Positions 37,468 through 48,686 are shown, counted from the first letter of the stretch. The stretch is DNA of 64,000 nucleotides from an uncultured Solirubrobacterales bacterium (GCA_963839535.1 CAWIVF010000006.1:38256-102255), one strand, 5' to 3'. Numbers and translations: made by a program. The notes: generated by a model from the letters alone, not told the origin.

Positions 37468-39731
37468 CAGCCGGCTCCCGCGAGCGCCGCGCCCTGCGGC
37501 GGCATGTTGGTGCGCATTCCCGCGAGGCCCGGGCCGCCGGTGCCGCGGCGGCCGATCGTGCGGCGGCCGACGGCGAGCTGCATCAGGCCGATGACCGCGA
37601 GCATGACCAGGATCAGCACGGTCGCATAGGCGATGGCGACGCCGTACTCGTTGTTCTCGACCCGGCCGACGATGTAGCTCGTCGCCATGTCGTAGCGGCC
37701 GGAGACCAGGAAGATCACGGCGCTGATCGCGGTCATGGCGCGGACGAACGAATAGACCAGCGCCGCGAGGATCGCCGGTTTCAGGAGCGGCAGCACCACG
37801 CGGCGCAGCGTCGCCCAGGAGCCGGCGCCGAGGGTCAGCGAGCTCTCGTCGAGGCTGCGGTCGATCTGGGCCATCGAGGCGATGCCGGCCCGCACCCCGA
37901 CCGGCATGTTGCGGAAGATGAAGGAGATCACGAGGATGATGCCGGTGCCGGTCAGCTCGATCGGCGGCACGTTGAAGGCGATGACGTAGGAGACGCCGAT
38001 CACCGTGCCCGGGATCGCGAAGGACAGCATCGTCCCGAACTCGAAGGCGCGCTTGCCGCCGAAGTCCTGGCGGACGAGCAGCCAGGCGGTGATGAGGCCG
38101 ATCGCCGCGGTCAGCGGCGCGGAGATGAGCGCGATCCAGATCGTCGTCCAGAAGGAGGACCAGGCCGAGCCGCGCCAGTGCAGGCCGTGCTCGGTCCAGT
38201 CGAGGCCGAAGGCCTTGACGTAATGGGTGAGCGTCAGGCCCATGTCGACGCCCCAGAGCCGCACGAAGCTGCCGTAGACGATGGTGCCGTAGACGACGAG
38301 GGTGAGCGCGACCCAGCAGCCGACGACGGCGTAGAGGCCGACGCGGAGCGGCGCCGGCAGCAGCGGGTGGATGCCGGAGTCGCCCTTGCCGGAGACCGTG
38401 GTGTAGGAGCGCCGGCCGAGCCAGAACCGCTGGGCGTAGAATGCGGCGAGCGTGAACATCAGGAGCACGACGGCGAGGGTCGCGGCCATGCCGGGGTCGT
38501 TCTGGGCGCCGACGATCGCGAAGAAGATCTCGGTGGAGAGCACGTCGAAGTTGCCGCTCAGCACCAGCGGGTTGCCGAAGTCGGCCATCAACTCGATGAA
38601 GCCGAGCAGGAAGGCGTTGGCGAGGCCGGGGCGCATCAGCGGCAGGGTGACGGTCACGAAGGTCTGCCAGCGGCCGGCGCGCAGCGTCTGCGCCGCCTCC
38701 TCCATCGACGGGCTGACGCCCTCGACGACGCCGATCAGCACGAGGAAGGCGATCGGGGTGAAGGCGAGCGTCTGCGCGATCAAGAGGCCGGGCAGGCCGT
38801 AGACCCAGCGGGTCGGCTGCACGCCGAAGACGTCGGCCCAGGCTTGGGTGAAGAACCCGGAGCGGCCGAAGAGCAGGATGACGGCGAGGCCGATCACGAA
38901 GGCGGGGGTGATGATCGGCAGCACGGTGAGCGCCCGCAGGATGCGGCGGAAGCGGAAGCCGGTGCGGGTGGCGACGAGGGCGAAGGCGAGGCCGAGCAGC
39001 GTCGAGAGCACGCCGACGAGGACGGCGAGGAGGAAGGAGTTCCAGGCGACGCCGCAGCGCGGGCCGCCGGTCAGGCAGCCGAGCGACCAGAGCCGGTCGC
39101 TGAACAGCCGCTCGCCGAAGGCGGCCAGCGAGTAGCCGGTCTCGGTGACGAAGGCGTTCAGGAGCATCTGCGCGATCGGCACGAAGACGAAGAGCGTTAC
39201 CGTCGCGATCACGAAGCCGATCGAGCCGACGACGAAGACGTCGCCGCCCACGGCGCCGCGCGCGGCGATGCCGAGGGTCAGCAGGAACAGGAAGGCGAGG
39301 GCGGTGGCGAGCGCGCCGTAGCCCATGCCGAACTGGCGGCCGTCGAGCTCGCCGAAGACCGCCTCGAGCCAGTCGTAGCGCCAGCCGCGCAGGCCGATGG
39401 CGAAGCCCTGCGCGACGAGCCAGCCGAGGCCGAGGGCGCCGATGACGACGAGCAGCCGGCCGAAGGCCGGGTCGGGCTTGCCGCGACCCCAGGCGAGCAG
39501 CGGCAGGAGCAGGATCGGGGCCATCGGCGCCAGCCACGGCTTCTCGCCCTGGAGGACGAGGAACAGCGCCGGCGCCACGTCCTCGTCGAGCGGCCAGCCG
39601 TCGAGGAGCCAACGGAGGCTCCAGAAGCCGCCGTCGACGGCGTACCAGGGCAGCAGGCAGAAGCCGGCGAGCCCGACCGCCATCCAGAGGACGACGGTCG
39701 GGTGCAGCGGGCGGACGGTCGCGGGCGTCAC
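37467..39731 (-). CDS. Two-domain ABC permease (FbpB/AfuB type, 754 aa)
   Basis: Duplicated BPD-transporter cores with two EAA loops (MEEAAQTLRAGRWQTFVTVTLPLMRPG and LDESSLTLGAGSWATLRRVVLPLLKPA). Confidence 0.88.
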   Translation of the reverse strand: MTPATVRPLHPTVVLWMAVGLAGFCLLPWYAVDGGFWSLRWLLDGWPLDEDVAPALFLVLQGEKPWLAPMAPILLLPLLAWGRGKPDPAFGRLLVVIGALGLGWLVAQGFAIGLRGWRYDWLEAVFGELDGRQFGMGYGALATALAFLFLLTLGIAARGAVGGDVFVVGSIGFVIATVTLFVFVPIAQMLLNAFVTETGYSLAAFGERLFSDRLWSLGCLTGGPRCGVAWNSFLLAVLVGVLSTLLGLAFALVATRTGFRFRRILRALTVLPIITPAFVIGLAVILLFGRSGFFTQAWADVFGVQPTRWVYGLPGLLIAQTLAFTPIAFLVLIGVVEGVSPSMEEAAQTLRAGRWQTFVTVTLPLMRPGLANAFLLGFIELMADFGNPLVLSGNFDVLSTEIFFAIVGAQNDPGMAATLAVVLLMFTLAAFYAQRFWLGRRSYTTVSGKGDSGIHPLLPAPLRVGLYAVVGCWVALTLVVYGTIVYGSFVRLWGVDMGLTLTHYVKAFGLDWTEHGLHWRGSAWSSFWTTIWIALISAPLTAAIGLITAWLLVRQDFGGKRAFEFGTMLSFAIPGTVIGVSYVIAFNVPPIELTGTGIILVISFIFRNMPVGVRAGIASMAQIDRSLDESSLTLGAGSWATLRRVVLPLLKPAILAALVYSFVRAMTAISAVIFLVSGRYDMATSYIVGRVENNEYGVAIAYATVLILVMLAVIGLMQLAVGRRTIGRRGTGGPGLAGMRTNMPPQGAALAGAG

Positions 39732-39732
39732 C

Positions 39733-40759
39733 CTACTGCGGCAGCGACGCCACCTCCTCGTCCCACTTCGAGAGCAGGCGCTTGCGCTCCTCGCTCGAGC
39801 CGTACTTGGCGAAGTCGTAGTCGATCAGCTTGATCGTCGAGAGGTCGGGGGCGCTCGGCGACTGGGTCGCGTTCTTGTTCGACGGGAGCTGGAACGAGTT
39901 CACCGTCTGCGCCCGCGACTGCACCTCGGCGCCGAGCGCCCAGTCGTAGAACTGCTTCGCCTCGCTCCTCGTTGCGGGCGCCCTCGATGATCGACATCGA
40001 GCCGATCTCGTAGCCGGTGCCCTCGCAGGGCGCGACCGGCACGATCGGGAAGCCCGCCGCCACCTGCGCCACCGCGTCGTGCAGGAAGACGATGCCGACG
40101 GTGGTCTCGCCCAGGCCCGCGGCCTTGATCGGGGCGGAGCCCGACTTGGTGTATTGGTTCACGTTCTTGTGGAGGGCCTTCATGTACTCGAAGCCCTCGT
40201 CCTCGCCCATCAGCTGCACGATGGTCGCGAGCATGGTGTAGGCGGTGCCCGAGGAGTTCGGGTTGGCGATCTGGATGTGGCCCTTGAACTCGGGCTTGAT
40301 CAGGTCGGCCCAGCACTTCGGCTCGGGCAGGCCGTTCTCGGCGAGCAGGTCCTTGTTGTAGCCGAAGCCGAGCGCGCCCGAGTAGACGCCGACGGTGCGG
40401 TGGTCGCCGGCCTCGGCCTGGTTGATCGCCCAGTCGTGCAGCTCGCCCATCAGCGGTGACTCGTACTGGATCGTCAGCTCCTCCTGCGCCGCCTGCAGGT
40501 GCGGGTCGCCGGTGCCGGCCCACCAGACGTCGCCCTTGGGGTTCTCGGCCTCGGCCTTCACCTGGGCGTAGATCTCGCCCGAGCTCTTGCGCGTCATGTC
40601 GACGGTGATGCCGGTCTCGGCCTCGAAGTCCTTGGCCATGAGCTGGCACCAGGCCTCGTCGGCGGCGCAGTAGAGCGTCACGCTGTCGGCCATGGCCGGC
40701 GCCTGGCCGAAGGCCGCGAGCAGCGCGACCGCGCCCGCCGAGGTCATGAGCTTCCGCAT
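39733..40759 (-). pseudogene. Periplasmic binding protein of the FbpA/AfuA/PotD superfamily, +1 frameshift near 39958-39966
   Basis: MRKLMTSAGAVALLAAFGQAPAMADSVTLYCAADEAW... is intact as far as ...IIEGARNEE. The tail (SEAKQFYDWALGAEVQSRAQTVNSFQLPSN...EEVASLPQ*) is in another frame (ORF 39733..39924). Length is 3n+1. Confidence 0.8.
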
Positions 40760-40840
40760 CGGTTTCTCCTCCCGTGTTCACCGTCCTCCGGCGGCGTGGC
40801 GCGGGGCGGTTAGGCGAAGCGTCCTGCGAATCCGCTGCCG

Positions 40841-40856
40841 ATGCAATCGCGTTCAT
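40841..40856. promoter_or_regulatory. Candidate LacI-family operator in the divergent lacI / binding-protein promoter region
   Basis: ATGCAATCGCGTTCAT matches 9 of 10 constrained positions of the generic LacI-family pattern nTGnAAnCGnTTnCAn, with a central CG. Confidence 0.5.
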
Positions 40857-40906
40857 GGGGAAGCCGTTGAAAAAACGTCTTGCCGGCCCGGGGTGGCGAC
40901 GGGATC

Positions 40907-40922
40907 ATGCACAGGTGGTCAC
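40907..40922. promoter_or_regulatory. Second candidate operator-like site, 17 nt upstream of the LacI-family start codon
   Basis: ATGCACAGGTGGTCAC. Its first 11 nt are identical to the reverse complement of the site at 52949-52964 (ATGCACAGGTGTGCAT). Confidence 0.4.
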
Positions 40923-40938
40923 AACGGCGGCGCCGGTG

Positions 40939-41946
40939 ATGGAATCGAAAATCAGGAGCTTCGTCAGCGCCCAGCAGGTGGCGGAGCGGGCCGGCGTGTC
41001 GCGCTCGGCGGTGTCGCGCACCTTCACCGACGGCGCCAGCGTCTCGGACGCGACCCGGCGCAAGGTGCTGAGCGCGGCGGAAGAGCTCGGCTACCACGTC
41101 AACCATCTCGCCCGCAGCCTGATCCAGGAGCAGAGCGGCATCGTCTGCCTGATCGTCGCCGACGTCGCGACGCCCTACCAGAGCCGGATGCTCGACGCGC
41201 TGACCCGCCGGGTTCAGGCCATCGACCGGGTGGCGATGGTCATCAACACCTCGGGCGAGAGCGGCAGCGTCGAGGCGGCGCTGGGCCAGACGATGAACTA
41301 CCGCGCCGCGGCGACGGTGGTGCTGTCGGGGGCGCCGCCGGCGGCGCTGGTCACCACCTGCCTCAACAGCGGCCAGCGGGTGATCCTCATCAACCGCGAC
41401 GACCATTTCGCCGGGCCGATCAACATCGCGGTCGACAATGCCGAGGCCGCCGGCGAGGCGCTGCACATGCTCTATCGCTGCGGCTGCCGGCGGATCGCGG
41501 TGGTCTCCTCGACCGCCGGCACCCCGAGCCTCGTCGCCCGCGAGCGCGCCTTCGCCGCCGCCGCGGCCGGGCTCGGGCTCGAGCCGCGGGTGGTCCGCGC
41601 CGGGCCGACGAGCTACGAGGCGGGGTTCGAGGCGGGGAGGGTGCTCCTCAGCGGCTCGGCGCGGCCGGAGGCGGCCTTCTGCGTCACCGACCTGCTCGCC
41701 TGCGGGTTCATGGACGCCGCCCGCCACGAGTTCGGGCTCGAGGTGCCGGCCGACCTCTGCGTGGTCGGCTTCGACGACATCGAGCAGGCTGGCTGGGCCT
41801 CCTACCGGCTCACCACCTTCCGCCAGCCGGTCGACGCGATGGCCGACTACATCATGACGCTGCTGACCGATCCGGACGCGGGCGATGCGGCCGGCCGCCG
41901 CTTTCACGCCGCCCCGGTCTGGAGGCGCTCGGTCCGGCCGCGGTAG
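40939..41946 (+). CDS. LacI-family transcriptional regulator
   Basis: MESKIRSFVSAQQVAERAGVSRSAVSRTFTDGASVSDATRRKVLSAAEELGYHVNHLARSL (HTH) plus a periplasmic-binding-fold effector domain. Start set at the ATG at 40939. Confidence 0.9.
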   Translation: MESKIRSFVSAQQVAERAGVSRSAVSRTFTDGASVSDATRRKVLSAAEELGYHVNHLARSLIQEQSGIVCLIVADVATPYQSRMLDALTRRVQAIDRVAMVINTSGESGSVEAALGQTMNYRAAATVVLSGAPPAALVTTCLNSGQRVILINRDDHFAGPINIAVDNAEAAGEALHMLYRCGCRRIAVVSSTAGTPSLVARERAFAAAAAGLGLEPRVVRAGPTSYEAGFEAGRVLLSGSARPEAAFCVTDLLACGFMDAARHEFGLEVPADLCVVGFDDIEQAGWASYRLTTFRQPVDAMADYIMTLLTDPDAGDAAGRRFHAAPVWRRSVRPR

Positions 41947-43578
41947 CCCGCCTCCGCCCGGACCTCGCCGGTGCCGAGGTCGATGCGGAAGTCACCCGAG
42001 GGCGCGGCGTCGAGGTAGGTCGTCAGCATCCGCAGGAACCCGGCGATCCACGCCTCGGGACTGGCCTCGGGCCATGTCCGGGCGGCGAAGGCGGCGGCGA
42101 GCGCGCGGTAGCGGGCGAGGCGGTCGGCGGGGATGTGCGCGAGCGCGAGCGCGCGGCCCTTGCGCAGGCGGTACCAGTCCTCGACGAGCGCGAGGAACGG
42201 CAGCGGCCCGGCGTCCTGCGCGCCGGCGGCGCGGGCGAGATCGCCGAGGCAGAGGGTGCGGGCGCGCGCCGCCATCGCCGCGGGCCATTCGCGCGGCAGG
42301 TAGCGGTCGGCCGCGAGCGCGGCGACGTGGCGGGAGAGGAAGTCGCCGAGGCTCGCCGCCTCGGTCAGCGCGGCGTGCCCGCCGCCGGTGCGGTCGATCT
42401 CGCGCCGGTAGGCGGCGAAGGCGAGGTCGTGGCCGGGCGCCTCGTCGAGCGCGACGCTTTGGACGTGGAGCGCCGCGTTCTCGAAGGTGGCGATCTTGTA
42501 GCCCGGCGGGAAGGCGACGGTGGAGGGGACCGCGACGTTGACGAGGCTGCGGGCGCCGTCGCGCCAGATGGTGGTGTCGTTGACGTGCAGGTGGCCGCTG
42601 AAGTGGACGCCGATCCCGGTCGCCGCCACCGCGCGGGCGGTCGCCGCCGTCGGCGTCCGGCGCACGAGACCGGTCTCGCCGAAGAGCGCGACCTCGTCGG
42701 CATGGGTGGCGCCGAGCAGGTCGAGGCAGGGATAGTGCGAGAAGGCGAGGAGCCGCTTGCCGCCCGCCCGGGCGCGGGCGGCGACGTCGGCCATCCAGTC
42801 GAGCAGGAACGGCTTCAGCCGCACCACCGCGTTCCAGCCGGCGTCGGTGCTGTCGACGTAGCTGGCCTCGGCGGCCGGATCGAGGGCGCCGTTCCGCGGC
42901 TCGAAGACGTTGGCGTCGATCGACAGGAGCCAGAGGCCGCGCACCGGCTCGACGAGGTAGGAGGCGTCGATCATCCGCCGCACCGTGCCGCCGTCGGCCG
43001 AGCGGATCGCGAAGCTGCGGGCGGCGAGCGCGTCGTCGGCGCCGAACGGGCTCTCCCAGTGCAGGTGCTCCGGGCGGCGGAAGAAGCCGAAGTCCGCCAT
43101 CGCGGCGAGCGCCGCCGCGTAGCCGCCGCAGTACATCTCGGGGGTGACGACGCGCGCCGTGGAGGCGCCGGCGGGCGCGGCCGGATCGCTGGTGACGAGC
43201 GTGTGGCTGCCGTCCGGATCGAGGAAGCGCTTGCCCTGGTGGCGGCCGTGGATGGCGTAGAGATCATGGTTGCCCGGGGTCGCGAAGAAGCGCAGGCCGT
43301 GCCGCTCGCGGTAGCGGTCGAGGAGCGCGACGCTCGAACGCATCGTCGCCGCCTGGCCGTCGTCGGTGAGGTCGCCCAGCACCGCGACCAGCCGGATCCC
43401 GCGCGCGACGATGTCGTCGAGCAGCGCCGGCAGCGCCGCGAAGCTCTCGTTGAACACCCGCGTCGAACTCGGCGGTGTCGGCCAGCGTGCGGAACGCGAC
43501 GCCGTCGCCGCAGCCGACGCCGGGGCGGCAGTCGACGTCGTGATAGTGCGGGTCGGCGATGATCGCGATCGGCTCCAC
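41904..43578 (-). pseudogene. Calcineurin-like metallophosphoesterase with an uncharacterised ~200-aa C-terminal extension; +1 frameshift near 43466
   Basis: The N-terminal MEPIAIIADPHYHD (motif I) is in ORF 43264..43578. It continues as STRVFNESFAALPALLDDIVARGIRLVAVLGDLTDDG...GNHD...GHLH in ORF 41904..43457. Length is 3n+1. Confidence 0.75.
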
Positions 43579-43581
43579 GGC

Positions 43582-44194
43582 TCAGATCGCCCCTCGGGCG
43601 TCCGCGTCCACCATCGCGACCCACCGCGCCGCCCGGCGGGCGGCCTCGACCAGCATCGGCTTCGGCGTCTCGCGCCATTCGTCCGGCCGCAGCGTCCCGC
43701 CGGGCGCGGACATGCGCCAGCGCGTCGTCGAGGGTCGGGTAGCGCTCCGGCATCTCGACGTGCAGGAACAGCGCGACCAGCGCCACCGAGCGGCTGCGCC
43801 CGCCGCGGCAGTTGACGAGGATGTGGCCGCGCTCGCGCCGCGGATAGGTGTGCTTCTCCGGAAGCCGCTGCTCGAAGGCGCCGCGCAGCAGGTAGAAGCC
43901 CGCGAGCATCATCGTCTGCGGGTTCCCCGGCCCGTCGATCAGGCCGAGCTTGTAGTAGCGCACCGCCCCGATGCCGTAGAGCGACGCGCCCGGGGCTTCC
44001 GGGAACGGCGCGCTGGCGTAGTTGAGGTCGAGGTTCACCGCGCAGTTGACGACCGTGGTGATGCCGTGCGCCGCCAGCAGGCCGAGATCGCCCGCGCCCT
44101 CCATGCCGCCGACGTAGAGGCCGGGTCCGTAGCGCGGGACGGCGGGCTCGATCAGGCTGATCGTCGCCCGGTCGTGCCGGGGAGCGGCGGTCAT
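43582..44194 (-). pseudogene. Dual-specificity / PTP-like phosphatase (CX5R), +1 frameshift near 43696-43704
   Basis: HILVNCRGGRSRS is the active-site loop. After ...ALAHVRARR the tail (TLRPDEWRETPKPMLVEAARRAARWVAMVDADARGAI*) is in another frame. Length is 3n+1. The ATG overlaps the IMPase-1 stop (ATGA). Confidence 0.7.
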
Positions 44195-45003
44195 GCCCCG
44201 AGCGCGAGGCCGGTCGCCGCGGCGAAGCCTTCGGCGATGCCCGGCGCCGCCGCGATGACCGGCCCGCCGTCGGCGAGCCCGCCGAGGTCGAGGAACGGTC
44301 CGACCCGACCCCCGGCCTCGGCGACGAGGAGCAGCCCGGCGAGGCAGTCCCAGGCGTTCATGTGCACCTCGGCATAGCCGTCCGAGCGCCCGTCGGCGAC
44401 CCAGGCGAGCGCCAGCGCCCCGGAGGCGCCGCGCCGCACGTTGGCGCCCTCGTCGAGCAGCGCCGCCAGCGCCGCGACGTAGCGCGCGTTCGGCACCCGG
44501 GTCGACCAGCCGAGCTCGACGCAGGCGGAGGCGAAGTCGCGGGTCGGCGCGACCCGGACGGCCGCGCCGTTGCGCGTCGCCCCCGCGCCGCGCCGGGCGA
44601 AATGCAGCTCGCCGAGCGCGGGGTTGCAGATCGCGCCGATCTCGGTGGCGCCGTCGCGGACGAAGGCGATCGAGACGCAGAAGTGCGGCACGCCGCGGGC
44701 GAAGTTGGCGGTGCCGTCGATCGGGTCGACCACCCAGGTGTCGCGGCCGGCGCTGCCGCCGGTCTCCTCGCCGAGGAAGGCGTCGTCCGGGAAGGCCTCG
44801 GCGATGGCGCGCTTCACGTGGCGCTCCACCGCGGCGTCGGTCTCGGTCAGGAAGTCCTGCGGCCCCTTCATGCGGAAGCCGGCGGCCCGGTCGAAGCCGT
44901 CGAGCGCCACCCTGCCGGCCGAGAGGGCCAGCTCGCGGCAGAAGGCGGCGCGGGCGTCGAGGTCGGAGCCGGCCTGGCCCGCGGGACGGATGTCGATGTT
45001 CAT
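44191..45003 (-). CDS. Inositol monophosphatase-family protein (paralogue 1, intact)
   Basis: 270 aa with FLGEETG, WVVDPIDGTANF and AWDCLAGLLLVAEAGG motifs. Confidence 0.88.
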   Translation of the reverse strand: MNIDIRPAGQAGSDLDARAAFCRELALSAGRVALDGFDRAAGFRMKGPQDFLTETDAAVERHVKRAIAEAFPDDAFLGEETGGSAGRDTWVVDPIDGTANFARGVPHFCVSIAFVRDGATEIGAICNPALGELHFARRGAGATRNGAAVRVAPTRDFASACVELGWSTRVPNARYVAALAALLDEGANVRRGASGALALAWVADGRSDGYAEVHMNAWDCLAGLLLVAEAGGRVGPFLDLGGLADGGPVIAAAPGIAEGFAAATGLALGA

Positions 45004-45007
45004 GGGA

Positions 45008-45866
45008 TCACGCCACTGAGGAAACCTTGGCGGCCGCGGCGATGCGGCCCTCGGAGATGCCGTCCGCCACCCGGTCGAGCGTCGGATAGTCCGCGCCCGC
45101 CCCGGTCACCACGTAGCCCGGGCAGAGATGCGCCGGGGCATCGCGCGGCACCTTGCCCTGTGACAGCGGGCGGTAGCGGCCGCCGGCCTGGCGCAGGATC
45201 AGGATCGCCGCCGTCACGTCCCAGGGGTTGACCCCGAAGCCGCAGGCGGCGTCGGCCCAGCCGGCGGCGACCTGGGCGATCGAGAGCGCGGCGCTGCCGG
45301 GGCGGCGCAGGGTCGAGAAGGTCTCGACCAGCTCGCCGAAGCCGGCGAGCGCGCGCTCGCGCCCGTCGAGGCGGAAGTCGCGCGCCACCGGATAGCCGGT
45401 GATCAGCGTCGCCCGGCGCTCGTCCGGCAGCGCCCGCGAGCGGATCGGGGCGCCGTTCAGCCAGACGCCGCCCAGGTCGGCGGTAAAGACGTTGCCGCCG
45501 ACCGGGTCGACGATGGCGCCGGCGACGATCTCGCCGCCGACGACCGCGCCGACCGAGACGCACCAGGAGGCGAGGCCGCGGGCGAAGTTCGCGGTGCCGT
45601 CGATCGGGTCGACGTACCAGGCGACCCGGCCGGTTCCCTGCGGGCCGTCCTCCTCGCCGACGATGGTGGAATCGGGGACGCGGTCGAGGATGAGGCCGCG
45701 GATCGCCGCCTCGGCCTCGCGGTCGTAGCGGGTGACGAGATCGTGCAGGTCGGCCTTGTAGTCGATCGCCATCGCCGAGCGGAACGCCGCGAGCAGCGGC
45801 GCGCGCACCGACAGCGCGGCGTCGGTGGCGACGGCGCGGAGCGCGGCGGAGCTCGGCGCGAGTCAC
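45008..45866 (-). pseudogene. Inositol monophosphatase-family protein (paralogue 2), probable +1 frameshift in the first ~20 codons
   Basis: The core is intact (IVGEEDG, WYVDPIDGTANF, PWDVTAAILILRQAGG). The conserved N-terminal helix (AALRAVATDAALSVRAPLLAAF) continues upstream of the track's GTG (45808) with no in-frame start. A GTG at 45866 overlapping the HAD stop is in the -1 frame. Length is 3n+1. Confidence 0.65.
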
Positions 45867-46672
45867 GCCGCGGCCTCGCGCAGGGCGGCCTCGAGCAGCG
45901 CCAGCAGGCCGTCGCGGGTCGGCGACGATGGCGTCGGGCCGGAGGTCGAGCTCGTAGGGCAGCTCCCAGGTGCCCCTGGCCTCCATCAGGATGTTGCCGC
46001 CGATCCCGGCGCGGCGGCCGCAGAGCACGTCGCGGTCGAAGTTGTCACCGACGTACCAGGCCTCGGCCGGGACGACGCCGAGCGCGCGCGGTGGCGAGGC
46101 GGATCATCTCCGGGTTCGGCTTGCGGACCCGGGCCGTCGTCGCTGTGGATCCTGACGGCGAATCGGTCGGTCATGCCGTGCTCGGCCAGCCAGTCGAGGT
46201 GGACCTGGCCGGAGAGGGCGTTGCTGACGATGCCGACCGGGATGCCGGCGGCGTCGGCGCCGTCGAGCAGACGGTCCATCCCGGCGCGGAGCCGCCGGTC
46301 GCTCCTCAGGTGCCCCATGCGGCGGCAGAGCTCGGCGGCGTCGCCGAGCACCGCCTCGCGGGCGGCGGCGGGCCAGTCGGCGGCGACGAAGTCGCCCCAG
46401 AACTCGGCGTGGGTCAGCTCGCGCGGCGCGAAGGGCCGCGACATCGCGTCCTTCCACCGCGAGTCGGCGCGGGCGCCGAAGCCGATGTCGCGCGCGATCT
46501 GCGCGGGTCCCGGGGCGCCGGCGATCCCGGCCAGCCGCTCGGCGACCTCGGCGGCGAGCGCCGCCTCCCAGCCCGGCACCTTCGTCGTCTCGACGATCAC
46601 CCCGCCGAAGTCGAGGAGCAGCGCCCGCGGCGCGGCGAGCTTGCGGCCGGAGAGGGCGCGGGGATCAGGCAT
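45863..46672 (-). pseudogene. HAD-superfamily hydrolase, three frame shifts (about 46130, 46085 and 45915)
   Basis: MPDPRALSGRKLAAPRALLLDFGGVIV (DxG motif I)...GIVSNA (motif II) in one frame. This is followed by VRKPNPEMIRLATAR, then LGVVPAEAWYVGDNFDRDVLCGRRAGIGG (motifs III/IV), then DGLLALLEAALREAAA*, each in a different frame. Confidence 0.7.
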
Positions 46673-47517
46673 CGGCGGCCTCCGGCTCGGCGCGCACCGG
46701 CAGGCGCGACGACACCTCGCGCGCCACCCGGTCGAGGGTCGGATAGTCGGCGCCCGGCGCCGACGCCGTAGTAGTCGTCGGCCGTCTGCGGCGCCGCCAG
46801 CGTCGCGCCGCGCGACAGCGCGACGAACCGCCCGCCGGCCCGCTCGAGGATCAGCGCGCCGGCGGCGATGTCCCAGGGATGGGTCATGAAGCCGAGGGTG
46901 GCGTCGGCCCAGCCGGCCGCGACCCAAGCGAGCTGCAGCGCCCCGGTGCCGGGATCGCGCAGCGACAGGAAGGCCTCGGCGAGCGCCCGGTGCGGGGCGA
47001 AGGCGGCCTCCCCGAGCGCCGCGTAGTGCCGGGCGACCGGGAAGCTCGTCAGCAGCACCGCCTCCCACTCGCGGGCCCTGGCGCCGGCCGTCAGGGGCGT
47101 GTCGCCGAGCCACGCGCCCGCGAGGTCGGCCCGGAAGGTCTCGCCGGTCACCGGCGCGTGGACGACGCCGGCGACGACCTCGCCGTCGACCTCGGCGGCG
47201 ATCGAGACGCACCAGGTCGGCAGGCCGCGGGCGAAGTTGGTGGTGCCGTCGATCGGGTCGACGTACCAGACGACGCGGCCCTCGCCCTGCCGGCCGCCCT
47301 CCTCGCCGACGACGGCCGAGCCCGGCACCGCGGCGCGGATGTGCCGGACGATCGCCGCCTCCGACGCCCGGTCGTGCGCGGTGACGATGTCGTGGAGGTC
47401 GCGCTTGGTGCTGAACTCCATCGCCGAGCGGAAGGCGGCGCGAAGCGACGGCGCCACCTCGAGCGCCGCCGCCTCGGCGACCCGCATCAGCTCGCTGCTC
47501 TCGGCGTGGGACGTCAT
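46665..47517 (-). pseudogene. Inositol monophosphatase-family protein (paralogue 3), +1 frameshift near 46750-46758
   Basis: MTSHAESSELMRVAEAAALEV...VVGEEGG, WYVDPIDGTTNF and PWDIAAGALILERAGG. The tail ADYPTLDRVAREVSSRLPVRAEPEAADA* is in another frame and parallels paralogue 2 (GAGADYPTLDRVA). Length is 3n+1. Confidence 0.8.
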
Positions 47518-47561
47518 CGCTCCTCGTCTCGGGTCGGGGCGGCAAGGGCGCCGCCCGGGGT

Positions 47562-48686
47562 TCACTTCGCGTAGCTGACGCGCCAGAGGTCCTGCCAGTC
47601 CTGGCGCATGTCCCAGTCGTCGAGCGCGGTCGAGGCGTCGTACTGCTCGAGCCTGTCGAGCACCGCGCCGATCCCCGACGGCTCGTCCGGCGGCAGGCCG
47701 ATGTCGGGATTGGTCGGCAGCTTGCCGTCGATCACCTGCGGCGCGATGCCCTCCTCGGTCAGGATGTAGTGGATGAAGAGCTTCGCCGCGTTCGGGCTGT
47801 CGGTGCCGCTCGCGATCAGCCCGAGCTTCACGTAGGTCCAGCCCGGCCACGGCCCGAGGTCCTTGCAGAGCCCGAGCTTGTAGCCCTTGTCGGCGTTGTC
47901 GCGGAACTTGGCCGAGCTCAGGAGCCCGAAGAACGGCTCGGTCTGCCCGGGCGCCCCGACCGCCTCGGAGATCGCGTCGTCCGAGTCGGTCAGCAGCGGC
48001 CCGTTGGCGGCGAAGGCCTTCACCCAGGCCCGCATCGCGCTCTCCTCGCCGCGGTCGAGCTCGCTGCCGAACTGGGTCTCGTAGGCCGCCGCCATCGCGT
48101 CGTCGTGGTGCATCTCGGTCTGGTTGAACCAGTCGGGGTAGGTCGGCTTCGACAGCGGGTCGTAGAAGGCGACCTTGCCCTTCCACTCCGGCAGCGTCAG
48201 CTCCCAGAGGTTCTTCACCGGGCATTCGTCGTAGACCTCGGTGTTGTAGGCCCAGACGCTGGCGTTGGTGGTGATCGCCAGCGGGTCCTGGAACTGCGCC
48301 GGGATCTTGTCCTTCATGTCCGGCGGCAGCCAGCTCTCGACGAAGCCCTCCGGCAGGAGCTGGGCAAATCCGGCCGGGGCATCGGTGATCAGCACGACGT
48401 CGCCCAGCACGTTACCCGCCTGCGCCTCGCGGATGATCATCTCGAGCTGGCTCGAGGCCGAGACCTTCTCGCCGGTCGCCTGGAGGCCGTACTTCTTCGA
48501 GAAGTTCTCGGCCATCTCCACGATCTTGCCGGTCGAGTCGTAGATGGTGATCGGCGGCTCGGCCTTGGCCGCCGCGGCCAGCGCGTCGAGGTCGAACGCC
48601 TCCTCGGCCGCGGCCGGACCGGCCAGCACCGCGGCGGCGAACAGCGCGGCGATCGAGGCGCCGGCTTTCAGGCACTGCGTCTGCAT
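47562..48686 (-). CDS. Periplasmic binding protein SBP-2 (FbpA/AfuA/PotD superfamily), intact
   Basis: MQTQCLKAGASIAALFAAAVLAGPAAAEEAFDL... GGAGGAG SD 6 nt upstream of the ATG at 48686. Full-length paralogue of SBP-1. Confidence 0.85.
   Translation of the reverse strand: MQTQCLKAGASIAALFAAAVLAGPAAAEEAFDLDALAAAAKAEPPITIYDSTGKIVEMAENFSKKYGLQATGEKVSASSQLEMIIREAQAGNVLGDVVLITDAPAGFAQLLPEGFVESWLPPDMKDKIPAQFQDPLAITTNASVWAYNTEVYDECPVKNLWELTLPEWKGKVAFYDPLSKPTYPDWFNQTEMHHDDAMAAAYETQFGSELDRGEESAMRAWVKAFAANGPLLTDSDDAISEAVGAPGQTEPFFGLLSSAKFRDNADKGYKLGLCKDLGPWPGWTYVKLGLIASGTDSPNAAKLFIHYILTEEGIAPQVIDGKLPTNPDIGLPPDEPSGIGAVLDRLEQYDASTALDDWDMRQDWQDLWRVSYAK

Noticed and set aside
34846-39612. A 1588-aa ORF that could be read as a giant protein.
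   Set aside because: Only its central part (the ABC ATPase at 36387-37467) is real coding sequence in that frame. The rest is an out-of-frame read through the permease, ABM and AbrB genes, made possible by the absence of stops.
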